A stretch of 63,917 nt of DNA, filler included. It is 5 parts of 5 records of this genome, joined end to end, with 100 filler letters (N's around TTAATTAATTAA, not from the genome) between each part and the next. Parts side by side here need not be neighbours in the genome. Positions count along the whole stretch, not along the records: positions 50,308 to 58,589 come from SRR20825019_130; positions 58,690 to 63,917 come from SRR20825019_141; 3 more parts are not named here. The stretch is one strand, 5' to 3'. Shown here piece by piece: positions 50,887 to 62,601 of this stretch (positions are counted from its first letter, which is position 1; every line of letters begins with the position of its first letter). Under the pieces are notes generated by a model. The model was not told the origin of the DNA and searched no databases. It worked only from the letters and a program-made list of their open reading frames with translations. The translations under genes were made by a program, and so were the position numbers.

Positions 50887-52125
50887 TCAGTCGTTGGCTT
50901 TCACTTCCAGATTGAGAAGCTGCGGCACAGACTGAGGTGCAGCAGCTCCGGCCATGATGACGGCGAGGATCGGCATCTGCATCTGCGGCGCGATCGAGAC
51001 CGTGAAGTTCTGCGGGTCTTTGAGGTAGGTATCGACAGCTGTCGTCACCATATCTGCCAGATCAGGCACGTTCAGCGCCGTCAGGCCTGAATTGATGTCG
51101 GTCTTAATACCTTCAGCGAAGGCTTCAGCCGTAACACCTTCTTCGTCCGCCAGCATTTTCAAAAGGCGATTGGTAATCGAAGCGTCTTCGAAACGGATGC
51201 TGAGGCCGGAAACGCCGATCTGCTGACCAAGCTCCATCATCTGTGCCTGATAGGGGTCCATTCCGTCGTCGCCTGTCGTATCGTCTTCGCTGGCCATGTC
51301 TTCAGGCATATCCTGCATGTCGCGAAGGGTTTCGAGCGTTTCAAGCGTAAAGCCGGTGACGCCGAGGCTGATCTTCAAAGTGCCGGCATCCTTGACGGAA
51401 AAATCGTAGGACGACATGTCGAAATCACCGGTTACGATATTCCATGTGCCTGCCAGATCGAAAGTCGATGTCGACTTCAGCAGCTCAAGCGTTTCAAGGC
51501 CGTTTCGGAAGTCGTCATCCAGATCGTCTACATTTGTCAGGTCCAGTGTGATATCGCCGGTCGACGCCGTGAAGCCTGCCGTTTGTGTTTCCGCATCGAA
51601 GGTTTGCGTACCTTCTGCGGAGGGCATCGTCATAACCGTCTTGCCTTCGTATTCCAGTGTGACATCTTCGAGATGGCTTTCTTCGCCATAAAGCCAGCCT
51701 GAGGGATTGTTTACGTCCGGGGTCGCCGGAACATGGAGATTGCTCTCTTTGAAAGTCCCGATGGTCCAGACCATGTCTTCGGCAGCGAATGCCGCCTTTT
51801 CAAGTGAGAGTTTGCCAACCACATAGCTTCCGTCATCGTTCTCTTTGATGCCCGAGAGGTTGATGGTCAGTGGCTCTTTCTGTTGAAAATCGTCAAGTTC
51901 GGGAGACATGTCTTCGGCCGGCGCAAAGACGACACCCTTGATGACAAGGCCGTTCTTACCGCTTTTTTCGACATCTCCATGTGTGAAGGTGATGCCCGAA
52001 TAGGTTTCGTAGGCGTTCTTCACCTTCGAAATGAAATCTGCACTGTCGAGCGCGAAGGCCGGAGCCGAGGCTGCAATGAAGAAGGTTCCGGCGAGGAAAA
52101 ATGTTTTGATAGGCGCTTCGCGCAT
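50887..52125 (-). CDS. Exported acidic hypothetical protein
   Basis: Signal peptide ending APAFA; GGGAG RBS before ATG 52125; beta-rich body; family not recognised. Confidence 0.8.
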   Translation of the reverse strand: MREAPIKTFFLAGTFFIAASAPAFALDSADFISKVKNAYETYSGITFTHGDVEKSGKNGLVIKGVVFAPAEDMSPELDDFQQKEPLTINLSGIKENDDGSYVVGKLSLEKAAFAAEDMVWTIGTFKESNLHVPATPDVNNPSGWLYGEESHLEDVTLEYEGKTVMTMPSAEGTQTFDAETQTAGFTASTGDITLDLTNVDDLDDDFRNGLETLELLKSTSTFDLAGTWNIVTGDFDMSSYDFSVKDAGTLKISLGVTGFTLETLETLRDMQDMPEDMASEDDTTGDDGMDPYQAQMMELGQQIGVSGLSIRFEDASITNRLLKMLADEEGVTAEAFAEGIKTDINSGLTALNVPDLADMVTTAVDTYLKDPQNFTVSIAPQMQMPILAVIMAGAAAPQSVPQLLNLEVKAND

Positions 52126-52341
52126 GGCGTCTCTCCCGATTGTGAAGCTTTTTAAGGATTGCTTTGAAGCAAACACTAACAATGTTGTGTTGCGAAAATA
52201 AAATATTTTGTTCGTCTCTATTTAGTGCGCACTACCCGTCAGTGCAAATCTGTCGTCAAAAAACGATGGAGGCCTTTATTTTCAGGGGATTGCAGGGCCT
52301 TATGCCTTGTCGCGGGCGGTTGTATCGTCTAACAGGACACC

Positions 52342-54624
52342 ATGGCAAATGATATCCTGCCGCCCTCTGAAGGTGGCGACAACAACGATACCGTCGATCT
52401 TCGTAAAGCGCTTGAGGAGCGTTACCTCGCTTATGCGCTATCGACGATTATGCATCGTGCACTGCCGGATGTGCGTGACGGTCTGAAGCCGGTGCATCGC
52501 CGTATCATTCACGGTATGAGCGAGATCGGTGTCCGGCCGAATTCCGCATACAAGAAGTGTGCCCGTATCGTCGGCGATGTCATGGGTAAATTTCACCCGC
52601 ATGGCGATGCCTCGATCTACGATGCGCTGGTGCGTCTTTCGCAAAATTTTGCCCAGCGTTACCCGATGGTCGACGGACAGGGAAACTTTGGCAATATTGA
52701 CGGCGACAGCGCTGCTGCGATGCGTTACACCGAGGCGCGGATGACCGAGGTCGCGGCGCTGATGCTGGAAGGCATCGATGAAGATGCCGTCGACTTTCGC
52801 CTGACCTATAACGAAGAGGACGACGAGCCTGCTGTTCTGCCCGGCGCGTTCCCAAACCTCCTGGCCAATGGTTCCACAGGCATCGCCGTCGGCATGGCAA
52901 CTTCGATTCCGCCGCATAACGCACATGAGCTTTGCGAAGCTGCGATCCACCTGATCAAACACCCCGATGCGCCAATTGAGGACCTGCTGACAAAGCCGGG
53001 TGCCGAGGGGGCAAAAACCAACATGATCCAGGGACCGGATTTTCCAACCGGTGGCATCATTGTCGAAGAATTCGACTCCATGGTCGAAACCTACAAGACC
53101 GGGCGCGGCGGTTTCCGCGTTCGTTCCCGTTGGGAAAAAGAGGATCTCGGGCGCGGCAATTATCAGATCGTCGTCACGGAAATTCCCTACAGTGTCCAGA
53201 AGTCGCGGCTGATCGAGAAAATCGCCGAATTGCTGATCGCGCGCCGTTTGCCGCTTCTCGAAGATATTCAGGATGAGTCGGCAGAAGATATCCGCATCGT
53301 GCTGGTGCCGAAAAGCCGCACCGTCGATCCGTCACTCTTGATGGAGTCCCTTTTCAAACTGACGGAACTGGAACAGCGTTTTTCGATGAACATGAACGTG
53401 CTTTCCCACGGGAAAGTGCCAAAGGTCATGGGCCTCGTCGATGTTCTCAAGGAGTGGCTCGGCCATCGCCGTGATGTGCTCCAGCGTCGTTCGCGCCATC
53501 GTCTGGCGGTCATCGAGAAGCGTCTGGAAGTTTTGGGCGGGCTTCTTGTCGCCTATCTCAATCTTGACGAAGTCATCCAGATCATTCGCGAAGAGGATGA
53601 GCCTAAAAAGGTGATGATCGCGCGCTTCGAGATCACCGATGTTCAGGCTGAAGCCATTCTCAACATGCGTCTTCGCGCTTTGCGCAAGCTGGAAGAAATT
53701 GAAATCCGCAAGGAGTTCGACAAGCTGACAGCCGAAAAGGCGGATATCGAGGCATTGCTGGCCTCTGATGAAAAGCAGTGGCAGACCGTGGCCTGGGAAA
53801 TTGGTGAGGTAAAGAAGACCTTTGCCAAGGCCACTGAAATTGGCCGCCGCCGCTCAACCTTTGATCATGCCCCGGATACGGACGTTGAAGCGATCCATCA
53901 GGCTATGATCGAAAAAGAACCGATTACTGTCGTAATCTCCGAGAAGGGGTGGATCAGGGCGCTGAAAGGCCATGTCGATACGTCAGGCCTCTCATTCAAG
54001 GAAGGGGACAGCCTGAGGTTGTCATTCCCGGCCCAGACGACCGATAAGCTGGTGATTGTCACGACCGGCGGTCGCGCTTTCACAATGGGTGCGGACAAGC
54101 TGCCCGGTGGCCGTGGTCATGGTGAGCCGCTCAGGATCATGGTTGACATGGAAGCCGATCAGGATGTGGTGACGGCGTTTGTGCACGAAGAAGGCCGCAA
54201 GCTTCTGATAGCCTCTACACTTGGTAATGGATTTATCATTGAAGAAGATGCGATGGTCGCGAATACCCGCAAGGGCAAGCAGGTGATGAATGTTTCCGGT
54301 ACTGCCGAGGTTAAGCTGGTGAGGCCGGTTCGCGGCGATACGGTCGCCGTGATCGGTGAAAACCGCAAGCTGCTGGTCTTCCCGATGGCACAGGTCGCCG
54401 AAATGACCCGCGGCAAGGGCGTGCGCCTGCAACGCTACAAGGATGGCGGGCTGTCAGATGCGAAATGCTTCGCCATGGAAGACGGCTTGACATGGGAGGA
54501 TAGTGCCGGGCGCACTCATACGCGCTTAAAGGATGAGCTTCTGGAATGGCGTGGCGACAGGGCAATGGCCGGACGTATAGCGCCAAAGGGCTTTCCGCGC
54601 TCCGGTAAATTCACCAATACATAA
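52342..54624 (+). CDS. parC: DNA topoisomerase IV subunit A
   Basis: [21 protein letters not shown] and catalytic AAMRYTE; 760 aa with a short C-terminal domain and no GyrA box. Confidence 0.95.
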   Translation: MANDILPPSEGGDNNDTVDLRKALEERYLAYALSTIMHRALPDVRDGLKPVHRRIIHGMSEIGVRPNSAYKKCARIVGDVMGKFHPHGDASIYDALVRLSQNFAQRYPMVDGQGNFGNIDGDSAAAMRYTEARMTEVAALMLEGIDEDAVDFRLTYNEEDDEPAVLPGAFPNLLANGSTGIAVGMATSIPPHNAHELCEAAIHLIKHPDAPIEDLLTKPGAEGAKTNMIQGPDFPTGGIIVEEFDSMVETYKTGRGGFRVRSRWEKEDLGRGNYQIVVTEIPYSVQKSRLIEKIAELLIARRLPLLEDIQDESAEDIRIVLVPKSRTVDPSLLMESLFKLTELEQRFSMNMNVLSHGKVPKVMGLVDVLKEWLGHRRDVLQRRSRHRLAVIEKRLEVLGGLLVAYLNLDEVIQIIREEDEPKKVMIARFEITDVQAEAILNMRLRALRKLEEIEIRKEFDKLTAEKADIEALLASDEKQWQTVAWEIGEVKKTFAKATEIGRRRSTFDHAPDTDVEAIHQAMIEKEPITVVISEKGWIRALKGHVDTSGLSFKEGDSLRLSFPAQTTDKLVIVTTGGRAFTMGADKLPGGRGHGEPLRIMVDMEADQDVVTAFVHEEGRKLLIASTLGNGFIIEEDAMVANTRKGKQVMNVSGTAEVKLVRPVRGDTVAVIGENRKLLVFPMAQVAEMTRGKGVRLQRYKDGGLSDAKCFAMEDGLTWEDSAGRTHTRLKDELLEWRGDRAMAGRIAPKGFPRSGKFTNT

Positions 54625-54672
54625 TTTCGCAAACAACCCGGGTTGAAAGCGGCGTCTTACCGTGTCCGCTTT

Positions 54673-55425
54673 TCAGTCTCCGCCGGTCATGGGCACACGC
54701 TCCCAGCCGTGGCCGGTCAGATGTTCCTGCGGTTGAAAGCGCTTCTTGTAGTCCATCTTTCTGGAGCCTTTGACCCAGTAACCGAGATAGACATAAGGCA
54801 GGCTCAGTCTTTGAGCCCGCATGATATGGTCGAGAATCATGAAGCTGCCGAGCGAACGTTTTTCAAAGGCCGGATTGAAAAACGAATAGACCATGGAAAT
54901 TCCGTCGACCATGACATCGCTGAGCGCAACGGCGATCAGTTCTCCGTCGCCTTCTTCTTCGCTGTCCGGGACGATCCTGTATTCAAAAACCCGTGTTTCA
55001 ACATGGGTCTCCTCCACCATAACCGCGTAGTCATCGATGGTCATGTCGGCCATGCCGCCCTGTTGGTGCCGGCTGTCGAGATAGGTGCGGAAAAGATCGT
55101 ATTGTTCTGCTGTTGCCGTGGCGGGGCCTTCGTCGGAGATAATATCCCGATTGCGTGACAGTGTGCGTCGCATGGAGCGCTGCCAGTCAAACTCTTCGGC
55201 GAGGATACGCACCGAAACACAGGCCCGGCAATTCTCGCAGGCCGGTCGATATGCAATGTTCTGGGAACGGCGGAAGCCGCCCTGCGTCAGAAGATCATTC
55301 ATCTCACTGGCCCGCGGGCCGACGAGATGCGTGAATACCTTCCGTTCGCGCTGGTCCTCAAGGTAGGGACACTGCGAGGGTGCGGTCAGATAAAACTGTG
55401 GCGAATGAGTGGCTTGCGTGTTCAT
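54673..55425 (-). CDS. bpt: ATE1-like aminoacyl transferase (Asp/Glu leucyltransferase, often annotated arginyltransferase)
   Basis: [32 protein letters not shown] and [17 protein letters not shown]. Confidence 0.9.
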   Translation of the reverse strand: MNTQATHSPQFYLTAPSQCPYLEDQRERKVFTHLVGPRASEMNDLLTQGGFRRSQNIAYRPACENCRACVSVRILAEEFDWQRSMRRTLSRNRDIISDEGPATATAEQYDLFRTYLDSRHQQGGMADMTIDDYAVMVEETHVETRVFEYRIVPDSEEEGDGELIAVALSDVMVDGISMVYSFFNPAFEKRSLGSFMILDHIMRAQRLSLPYVYLGYWVKGSRKMDYKKRFQPQEHLTGHGWERVPMTGGD

Positions 55426-55522
55426 GTTCGGCGCACCATGCTTACGTCCTGTCGGCTTTAGCATGGCGTAATCGAGAGAAAGGTCAACCGCGCTGATCAA
55501 GGTACGGCAGTAAAATAAGAGG

Positions 55523-55987
55523 TCAGATGGTTTCTGAGCGCACCATGACCGCACCGATCAGAAAATCGTGAATGAGGCGCTTGCGATCGGTAAAAATGCC
55601 GACAAGCAGGATAAGCGGCGTCAAAAGCGAATTGAACAGCCAGAAAAGAGCCAGATGGGCAATCGCGGTGACAAAATCCATCGGCATTCCATTGGTTCGC
55701 ACGACCGCAATTCCCATCGCCCGCATTCCGGGGGATGCCTGTGCCGGCCCGCCCATTGTCAGGCCAAAATAAAACACCGCAACGATGAAATAGAGCACCG
55801 GGTAGAGCAGAAACGCCAGACCCAGTGTTGCGATACCGACGAAAAACAGGACAACCGCAGCGGGGATCCAGAGAATAGCGATGATGAGGTAGTCGACGAG
55901 AAATGCCAGAACGCGCCTGGAGAGCACACCCGAATAGGCCGGACCCGATGCCGGCGCAAAATACTGCATATCGCGATCAAGGCTCAT
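55523..55987 (-). CDS. RDD family membrane protein
   Basis: [19 protein letters not shown] and RLIHD. Confidence 0.9.
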   Translation of the reverse strand: MSLDRDMQYFAPASGPAYSGVLSRRVLAFLVDYLIIAILWIPAAVVLFFVGIATLGLAFLLYPVLYFIVAVFYFGLTMGGPAQASPGMRAMGIAVVRTNGMPMDFVTAIAHLALFWLFNSLLTPLILLVGIFTDRKRLIHDFLIGAVMVRSETI

Positions 55988-56069
55988 GTCTCAACATCTC
56001 CATTCCACACCTCAACACCGCTAAAAGTGGGGTTCTCTTCTGCAATTGCAACGCCTTGATGTTCGAGGG

Positions 56070-57092
56070 TCAGGCTTTTGCGAGCTTTTCTGCGACATCA
56101 AGTGCAAAATAGGTCAAGATGCCGTCACATCCTGCGCGCTTGAATGACAAAAGCGTTTCCATCATCACCCGGTCACCGTCAATCGCGCCTTTTTCTGCTG
56201 CCAGGCGAATCATCGCATACTCCCCGGAAACCTGATAGGCGAAGACAGGAAGGCTGAATGCTTCCTTCATGCGCCAGCAGATATCCAGATAGGGCAGGCC
56301 TGGCTTGACCATCAGCATATCGGCACCTTCCTCCACATCCAGAGCCGCGTCACGCAATGCCTCGGTGCTATTGGCTGGATCAATATAGTAGCTGGCCTTG
56401 TCGCCTTTCAGCAGATTACTGGTGGAAATCGCTTCGCGGTATGGACCGTAGTAACCGGAGGAAAACTTCGTGGCGTAGGACATGATACCTACGTCCTGAA
56501 AGCCCGCCGCATCCAGTCCGTGTCGAAGCGCGCCGATGCGTCCGTCCATCATTTCGGACGGAGCGATGATATCCGATCCGGCTTTTGCCTGCAGGATTGC
56601 GGCTTCAACGATCTGCTCGACGGTCTCATCGTTGATGATCTCACCGTCGCGAAAAATACCGTCATGACCGTGGCTGGTGAAGGGGTCGAGAGCAACATCG
56701 GTAATCACCCCGATATCGGGGGCGGCTTTCTTGACTGCTGCCGTGGCCTGATTGAGAAGATTGTCGGCGTTCAGTATTTCCGACCCGGTTTCATCGCGCT
56801 TTTCCATTTCAATATTGGGGAAAGTCGCAATGGCCGGAATGCCCAGGTCGGCTGCTCTTTTCGCAGCCTCGGCCAATCGGTCGACACTCATGCGGGAAAC
56901 GCCGGGCATTGCCGCTATCGGCTCTTCGATATTGGTGCCCGGGATCACGAATACCGGCCAGATCAGATCATCAACCGTCAACCGGGTTTCGCGCACCATG
57001 CGGCGGGTCCAGTCGGCCTTGCGGTTCCTCCGCATTCTGCGATGCCCGGTAATGTGATCTACAATATGTGTTTTGTTTTCACGTTCAGTCAT
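56070..57092 (-). CDS. hemB: Porphobilinogen synthase (Zn-independent, Asp-rich type)
   Basis: DVALDPFTSHGHDG, APSEMMDGR, MVKPG and YQVSGEY. Confidence 0.97.
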   Translation of the reverse strand: MTERENKTHIVDHITGHRRMRRNRKADWTRRMVRETRLTVDDLIWPVFVIPGTNIEEPIAAMPGVSRMSVDRLAEAAKRAADLGIPAIATFPNIEMEKRDETGSEILNADNLLNQATAAVKKAAPDIGVITDVALDPFTSHGHDGIFRDGEIINDETVEQIVEAAILQAKAGSDIIAPSEMMDGRIGALRHGLDAAGFQDVGIMSYATKFSSGYYGPYREAISTSNLLKGDKASYYIDPANSTEALRDAALDVEEGADMLMVKPGLPYLDICWRMKEAFSLPVFAYQVSGEYAMIRLAAEKGAIDGDRVMMETLLSFKRAGCDGILTYFALDVAEKLAKA

Positions 57093-57255
57093 GATGTCGA
57101 TCCGTGATTTTTAAGGTTTTCCGGGTTTAGCACGGGCCGTGCCTGCGTCAAATGCGACATCTGCAACCGGCTGGCAGACAACGTTGCGCATAAGGGGCCG
57201 GGAAATGCGTATGCAAAGGCTTTGTCAGCTGGAGCGAAGTCGCTATAAGAGAGGG

Positions 57256-57666
57256 ATGATGATAAATGAGCGCTCTATAACGGTTCGCCGCAGCTTCTCG
57301 CAGGATGCCTTTCTGGTCTTCCAGCGGTGCGCTGCCGGGTATCTGCTCATCATTGGCCTGGGCTGCTGGGCCGCTCTGATCGGCCTGTCCATGGATGGCG
57401 CATGGCGCTTTGATCTCTTGCAGCCGAATGCAAGGGCGGTTGAGGCGGTTCTCGCTGTTGTCTTTCCGATTGCAGCGACCGGATTGTGGTTTGGCGTTGG
57501 CTGGGGTTTTGTGCTTTGGGTCGTCGGTGCGGCGATACAGGTCAGTGCGCATGGCGGCTATAGCCAGACATTCGGCGTGGCGCCCTGGATGACAACACTG
57601 CATGTTGCGGGCATTGCCAGCTATATCGCCTTCTGGTTTTACCTTGTGTTCATTCGTCGTCACTAA
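57256..57666 (+). CDS. Small 4-TM membrane protein (DUF6163-like)
   Basis: WRFDLL and AATGLWFGVGWG; divergent from hemB; GAGGG RBS. Confidence 0.7.
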   Translation: MMINERSITVRRSFSQDAFLVFQRCAAGYLLIIGLGCWAALIGLSMDGAWRFDLLQPNARAVEAVLAVVFPIAATGLWFGVGWGFVLWVVGAAIQVSAHGGYSQTFGVAPWMTTLHVAGIASYIAFWFYLVFIRRH

Positions 57667-57806
57667 AGTGTGATGGCGCCTGCCTCGCGTGGACTGGTAA
57701 GCTGACAATAATTGGCCACATTGGTGTGGCAGCGCTTGGAGCAACAGAAAGGCCATTTCTTATTCCTTTGGAGTGGCTTGAGGGATCGACACAAGATTTG
57801 GATTTC

Positions 57807-58589
57807 ATGAGCAATAACGAGATCAAAAAGCCTCAGGGCAGAACTTTATCGCGCCGTAACCTGCTGGCTGCCGCCGCCGGAATTCTGGCAATGCCCAAAA
57901 TCGCCTCCGCACAATCTGCCGTCGAGGCGTTGATCAATGCGCCGGGGCGGGGTGACTGGGACGATCAGTTTGACGCGGTCACATCGCGTTCGCAGGCCAG
58001 TGTTGCATCAAATCAACCAATCCTCGGTCCGAATGCCTCTTCCAATCTGATGCAGGCCATTGCTGATTATCAGCGTATCGTCACCACCGGCGGATGGCCG
58101 GAAGTGCATCCCAATGTGCCGCTTCAGTTCGGCGTGTCTGATCCTTCCGTGCGTCAGTTGCGCCAGCACCTGATTGTTTCCGGCGATCTGTCGCAGTCTG
58201 CCGGCGTGTCCGACTCCTACGATTCTTATGTTCAGGGTGCAGTGAAACGTTTTCAGGCTCGCCATGGTTTGCCTGAGACCGGTTATATCGATGAGTATAC
58301 GCTCAGAGCGCTCAATGTCAGTGCCCGTGTCCGGCTTGCTCAGCTTGAAACCAACCTGACCCGCGTTGAGGACTACGGTTCCAAACTCGGCCAGCGCTAT
58401 GTTCTGGTCAATATTCCGGCGGCCTATGCCGAAGCTGTCGAGAACAATACCGTGGCCCTGCGCAATGTGGCTATTGTCGGGCGTCCCTCGCGTGCGACCC
58501 CGATCCTCAATTCGAAGATCTTTGAAATCATCTTCAATCCGCCGTGGACCGTGCCGCGCTCGATCATCCAGAAGGATATCATGCCGCTG
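57807..58589 (+). CDS. L,D-transpeptidase (YcbB/LdtP-like) with a PG-binding domain, 3'-truncated
   Basis: Tat motif SRRNLL; AVKRFQARHGL, VNIPAA, IVGRPSRATP and FNPPWTVPRSI. Confidence 0.9.
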
Positions 58590-58689
58590 NNNNNNNNNNN
58601 NNNNNNNNNNNNNNNNNNNNNNNNNNNNNNNNNTTAATTAATTAANNNNNNNNNNNNNNNNNNNNNNNNNNNNNNNNNNNNNNNNNNNN
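58590..58689. other. Artificial contig spacer
   Basis: N-run, TTAATTAATTAA, N-run. Confidence 0.99.
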
Positions 58690-58690
58690 G

Positions 58691-59551
58691 ATCAAGCTGA
58701 TGGTCGAGGCGCTGACGGAGGTCGGTGACGAGGCGATTTATTTCACGCCGGCCTGGCCCAACATCGTTGCGGCTCTTGGCGTTTCCGGTGCAAATCAGGT
58801 CGGGCTGCCGCTGTCCTTTATCGGCGGACGCTGGACACTGGATATCGAACGCGTTGAAGCGGCAATCACCCCCAAAACGCGTGTCATTTTCGTCAACACA
58901 CCCGCCAACCCGACCGGCTGGACCGCAAGCCTGGACGATCTGCGCGCACTTCTTGAGCTGTCACGCCGCCATGGCATCTGGATCATGGCTGACGAGATCT
59001 ACGCGCTTTATCATTTTGCAGGCGGAAGAGCGGCATCCTTCCTCGACATCATGGAAGATGGCGATCGGATCGTTTTCATCAATTCATTCTCGAAAAACTG
59101 GTCTATGACGGGCTGGCGTGTTGGCTGGATCGTCGCTCCGCCAATCATGGGGGACGTGATCGAGAACCTCGTTCAGTACACGACGTCAGGTGTAGCTCAA
59201 TTCATGCAGCAGGGTGCACTGGCCGCAGTGCGCGACGGTGATCAGGTCATCGCGGAAAACATCCGGCGGGCCGCAGAAGGCCGTGACATTCTTTGCGACC
59301 GGCTTCTGGCAACCAACCGTGTGGAAACGCTGAAACCCGATGGTGCACTTTATGCGTTTTTGAAAATTGATGGCCTGACAGACAGCCGCAAAGCCGCCTT
59401 CGATATCGTAGACAAGACCGGAGTCGGCATGGCACCCGGCACCGCCTTTGGTCCAGGCGGCGAACCTTTCATCCGCGCCTGTTTCCTGCGCAATGCCGAT
59501 CAGTTGCGCGATGCGGGCGACCGGCTGGCTGATTACATCAGCAAGCTTTAA
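58691..59551 (+). CDS. Class I/II PLP-dependent aminotransferase, 5'-truncated
   Basis: NTPANPTG, ADEIY, SFSKNWSMTGWRVGW and PGTAFG. Confidence 0.93.
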   Translation: MKLMVEALTEVGDEAIYFTPAWPNIVAALGVSGANQVGLPLSFIGGRWTLDIERVEAAITPKTRVIFVNTPANPTGWTASLDDLRALLELSRRHGIWIMADEIYALYHFAGGRAASFLDIMEDGDRIVFINSFSKNWSMTGWRVGWIVAPPIMGDVIENLVQYTTSGVAQFMQQGALAAVRDGDQVIAENIRRAAEGRDILCDRLLATNRVETLKPDGALYAFLKIDGLTDSRKAAFDIVDKTGVGMAPGTAFGPGGEPFIRACFLRNADQLRDAGDRLADYISKL

Positions 59552-59564
59552 TGCAGCGGAAAGC

Positions 59565-59595
59565 AAAAGGCCCGCCAGACAGCAGCGGGCCTTTG
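59565..59595. terminator. Bidirectional intrinsic terminator
   Basis: AAAAGGCCCGC...GCGGGCCTTTG between convergent genes. Confidence 0.8.
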
Positions 59596-59623
59596 AATAA
59601 ATGCGTATAGGCAGAAAATGACT

Positions 59624-60688
59624 TCACTGCCCCATTTCAACAGCACGCTCGGCATTCACTGTGCTTTCGGCCTCTTCAACAGCAGATGTGAAGCTTGCGA
59701 AAATATCTTCGCCGCCGGGGACGGATTGCTGAAACCATTCAAACACCGGCTCAACAGCAGCCTTGAATTCAGCCTTTTCGGCCTCGCTCGGCACGTAGAT
59801 TTCACCGCCATCATTCAAGAACGCCTCGTAAGCGGCGATTTCCTTGCGCTTGGGGCTGGCAAAAGTGGCCTGTTGTAAAGCGTAAAAGCCGTCGATGACG
59901 ACCTTTTTCTGCTCATCGGTCAAGCCTTCGAAGCGGGCATTCGACATCCACCAGAAAGCAGCCATATAGGAGTGCCGGTCAAGCGTGACGTATTTCAGGC
60001 CGGCATCGGGAAACTTCATGTTCATGATATCGGTAATACCATTGGCCGTCCCTTGCACCACACCGGTTTGCAAAGAGGTGAAAAGTTCCGGCCAGGCGAT
60101 TGGCGTCGGCGCGGCTCCCAAAGATTTCACCAACTCCTGTGGCAGCTCGGCTGGAACCGTGCGCAACTTCATGCCCTGCATGTCCGCAGGCGTTTTGATG
60201 GTGTGTTCGGTATTGGCGAAATTGCGCCAGCCACCGGTATTGCCGATCGTCATCAAGCGGATTGTGTCGCCGCTGTCTGCCAGCGCCAGATCGCGCAATT
60301 CGGCAGTAAACGGCCCGCTCAGCACGTCTTCAGCCACGCGGTCATCATTCATCAGATAGGGCAGATCGAGGATCTGAAGATAGGGAAACAGACCGGCCGC
60401 TCCGCCGGATGTAGACATGTAGATATCGATCGAACCATCAGCGATGCCTTGCAGGCATTCTTCGCCGGTGGCGCATATCTGTGTACCCATAAAGATATCG
60501 ACCGCAATCGCTCCGTTGGAGGCGTTCTCGACGAAGTTCTTGAAAACAACCAGACCATCATAGTCCTCGTCATTCTCATTGGAATTGGCCGTCGCTCTCA
60601 AGGTAATGTCCGCGGCAGCGGCAAACTGGCTTGCCGACATGGCAAGTGCCCCGGCCAGAAAGGCCGTTTTCCAGATCCTGTTCAACAT
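59624..60688 (-). CDS. dctP: TRAP transporter substrate-binding protein
   Basis: Signal peptide; DLPYL, DMQGMKLRT and ELFTSLQTGVV; GGGAGG RBS before ATG 60688. Confidence 0.92.
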   Translation of the reverse strand: MLNRIWKTAFLAGALAMSASQFAAAADITLRATANSNENDEDYDGLVVFKNFVENASNGAIAVDIFMGTQICATGEECLQGIADGSIDIYMSTSGGAAGLFPYLQILDLPYLMNDDRVAEDVLSGPFTAELRDLALADSGDTIRLMTIGNTGGWRNFANTEHTIKTPADMQGMKLRTVPAELPQELVKSLGAAPTPIAWPELFTSLQTGVVQGTANGITDIMNMKFPDAGLKYVTLDRHSYMAAFWWMSNARFEGLTDEQKKVVIDGFYALQQATFASPKRKEIAAYEAFLNDGGEIYVPSEAEKAEFKAAVEPVFEWFQQSVPGGEDIFASFTSAVEEAESTVNAERAVEMGQ

Positions 60689-60721
60689 AGTTGTCCTCCC
60701 TTGGATGTAACGTTTTATCAT

Positions 60722-62011
60722 TTAATTCAAAAAGCCGAAAAGACGCGGCAAAGTCAGGCTGATCGCAGGAACATAAGTGATCAGGAAGATAACAGCCACT
60801 TCAACTGCCAGAAAAGGCAGGACCGCACGTGCGACACTTTCGACCGAAAGCCTGGACACCGATGAGGTGACAAACAGCACCAGCCCCATCGGCGGCGTCA
60901 GCAGGCCCACCGTGAGATTGACCGCCATAATGATGGCAAAATGGACCGGATCGATCCCCATATCGAGAAAGATCGGCCCGAGGATCGGCCCCAGAATGAT
61001 GATTGCCGGTCCGGCATCCAGAAACATGCCGACAACCAGAAGCAGGACATTGATCAGAAGCAACAAAAGCAGCGGATTTTCTGTAAGGCCCAGCATAAAG
61101 GACGCCAGCAGTTCCGGTGTGTGTGCAAGGGCAGCAACCGTTTTAAAGGCCATGGCTGCACCAACCAGCAAAAGCACGACGGATGAAGACAGTGCCGCAC
61201 GGGTGAGGATCGCCGGAACATCACGCACATGCAATGTACGCAGTACAAAAAAGCCTATGAAGAAAGCGTATCCGACAGCAATCGCCGAAGCTTCGGTTGG
61301 CGTAAACACACCGCCTAAAATGCCGCCCAGAATAATCACCGGTGTCAAAAGCGGCCAGAAAGCCTTGAGGCTGGCCTGTCTGCGTGTGTTCCAGTCGGCT
61401 TTGGCTGTCGCCGGTGGCAATCCTTCGCGGTCGGCCATCAGCCGCACAAGTACCATCAGCGAAACGCCGATCAGGATACCCGGCACGATACCAGCCAGAA
61501 ACAGCGCGGCAACGCTTTCACCCATGACATAGGCATAGATGATCATGATGCCCGAAGGCGGAATGATCGGCCCGATAATGGCAGATGCTGCGGTGATAGC
61601 GGCGGCAAAACGCCGGGAATAGCCTTGCTTTTCCATGGCCGGGATCATCATCGCACCGAGCGCAGAAACATCCGCGACGGCAGAACCTGAAAGCCCGGCA
61701 AACAGCATGGATGAAAAGATATTCACATGCGCCAGACCGGCACGAAAATGACCGATGACAGCCTGCGAAAATTCTACGAGGCGCTCGGTAATGCCCGCCC
61801 GGTTCATCAACTCGCCAGCCAGCATGAAGAATGGCACCGCCATCAGCGGAAAACTGTCCATGCCATTATAGATATTGCGGTAAAGCAGAACGATGTCGCG
61901 TTCCTGACCATTGACCCAGAGCAAGAGTGCAGGTGCGGCGATCAACGCAAACAGGATCGGCAGTCCCAGAAAAAGGAAGACCAGAAACAGAGGCAGGAAC
62001 AGGCTCAGCAT
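60722..62011 (-). CDS. dctM: TRAP transporter large permease
   Basis: AVPFFMLAGELM, SGSAVAD, IIPPS, FTPTEA and TPPMG. Confidence 0.95.
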   Translation of the reverse strand: MLSLFLPLFLVFLFLGLPILFALIAAPALLLWVNGQERDIVLLYRNIYNGMDSFPLMAVPFFMLAGELMNRAGITERLVEFSQAVIGHFRAGLAHVNIFSSMLFAGLSGSAVADVSALGAMMIPAMEKQGYSRRFAAAITAASAIIGPIIPPSGIMIIYAYVMGESVAALFLAGIVPGILIGVSLMVLVRLMADREGLPPATAKADWNTRRQASLKAFWPLLTPVIILGGILGGVFTPTEASAIAVGYAFFIGFFVLRTLHVRDVPAILTRAALSSSVVLLLVGAAMAFKTVAALAHTPELLASFMLGLTENPLLLLLLINVLLLVVGMFLDAGPAIIILGPILGPIFLDMGIDPVHFAIIMAVNLTVGLLTPPMGLVLFVTSSVSRLSVESVARAVLPFLAVEVAVIFLITYVPAISLTLPRLFGFLN

Positions 62012-62601
62012 TACTCGGTCTCCAGTCCGGCGACCGGCTTTAGCGGTTTCAACCTCTCTCCTGCGCCGAAAAGGTCAGCAAGAAGACGCAACAGAAGTTC
62101 GCAATTGACCGAAAACATCAATGTGACGCCCGTGGCCAGCGAGGCCATCATCGCCGCCCGCGGAACTTTCATCCAGATTGACAAGTCAAGCGAGGCCGGC
62201 ACTTTGAGCGCTGGCATTGCGAAACGGCCTCCAATGCCGGTGACCTCATTCCAGCCGATCCGAAGTGCCCACCACAACACCACCACCGATATCAGCAAAA
62301 GCACCATATTCAGAACAGAGGCAACAGTTTTGGGCAGAAGGCGCCTTATAGTCTCGATGCTGATAAAGCCGCCATGGCGAAAGGCCGTCGGCGCCATCAG
62401 GCTGACCATCCATAACATCATGAAGCGGGCCAGTTCCTCCGTCCATGGCAGGGCATCATTCAGGCCGTAGCGGAAAAACACCTGGACCAGTATCACGATC
62501 ACCATCAGCCCCATCAGGATCGCGGCAAGCCAGCGGCCCAGAGCCAGAAGTGGCGTATTGATAAACGAGAAACATGCGGCCACAGCCAGTAACAAACCCA
62601 T
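62011..62601 (-). CDS. dctQ: TRAP transporter small permease
   Basis: QVFFRY...WTEELARF; 4 TM segments; TAATG overlap with dctM. Confidence 0.92.
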   Translation of the reverse strand: MGLLLAVAACFSFINTPLLALGRWLAAILMGLMVIVILVQVFFRYGLNDALPWTEELARFMMLWMVSLMAPTAFRHGGFISIETIRRLLPKTVASVLNMVLLLISVVVLWWALRIGWNEVTGIGGRFAMPALKVPASLDLSIWMKVPRAAMMASLATGVTLMFSVNCELLLRLLADLFGAGERLKPLKPVAGLETE

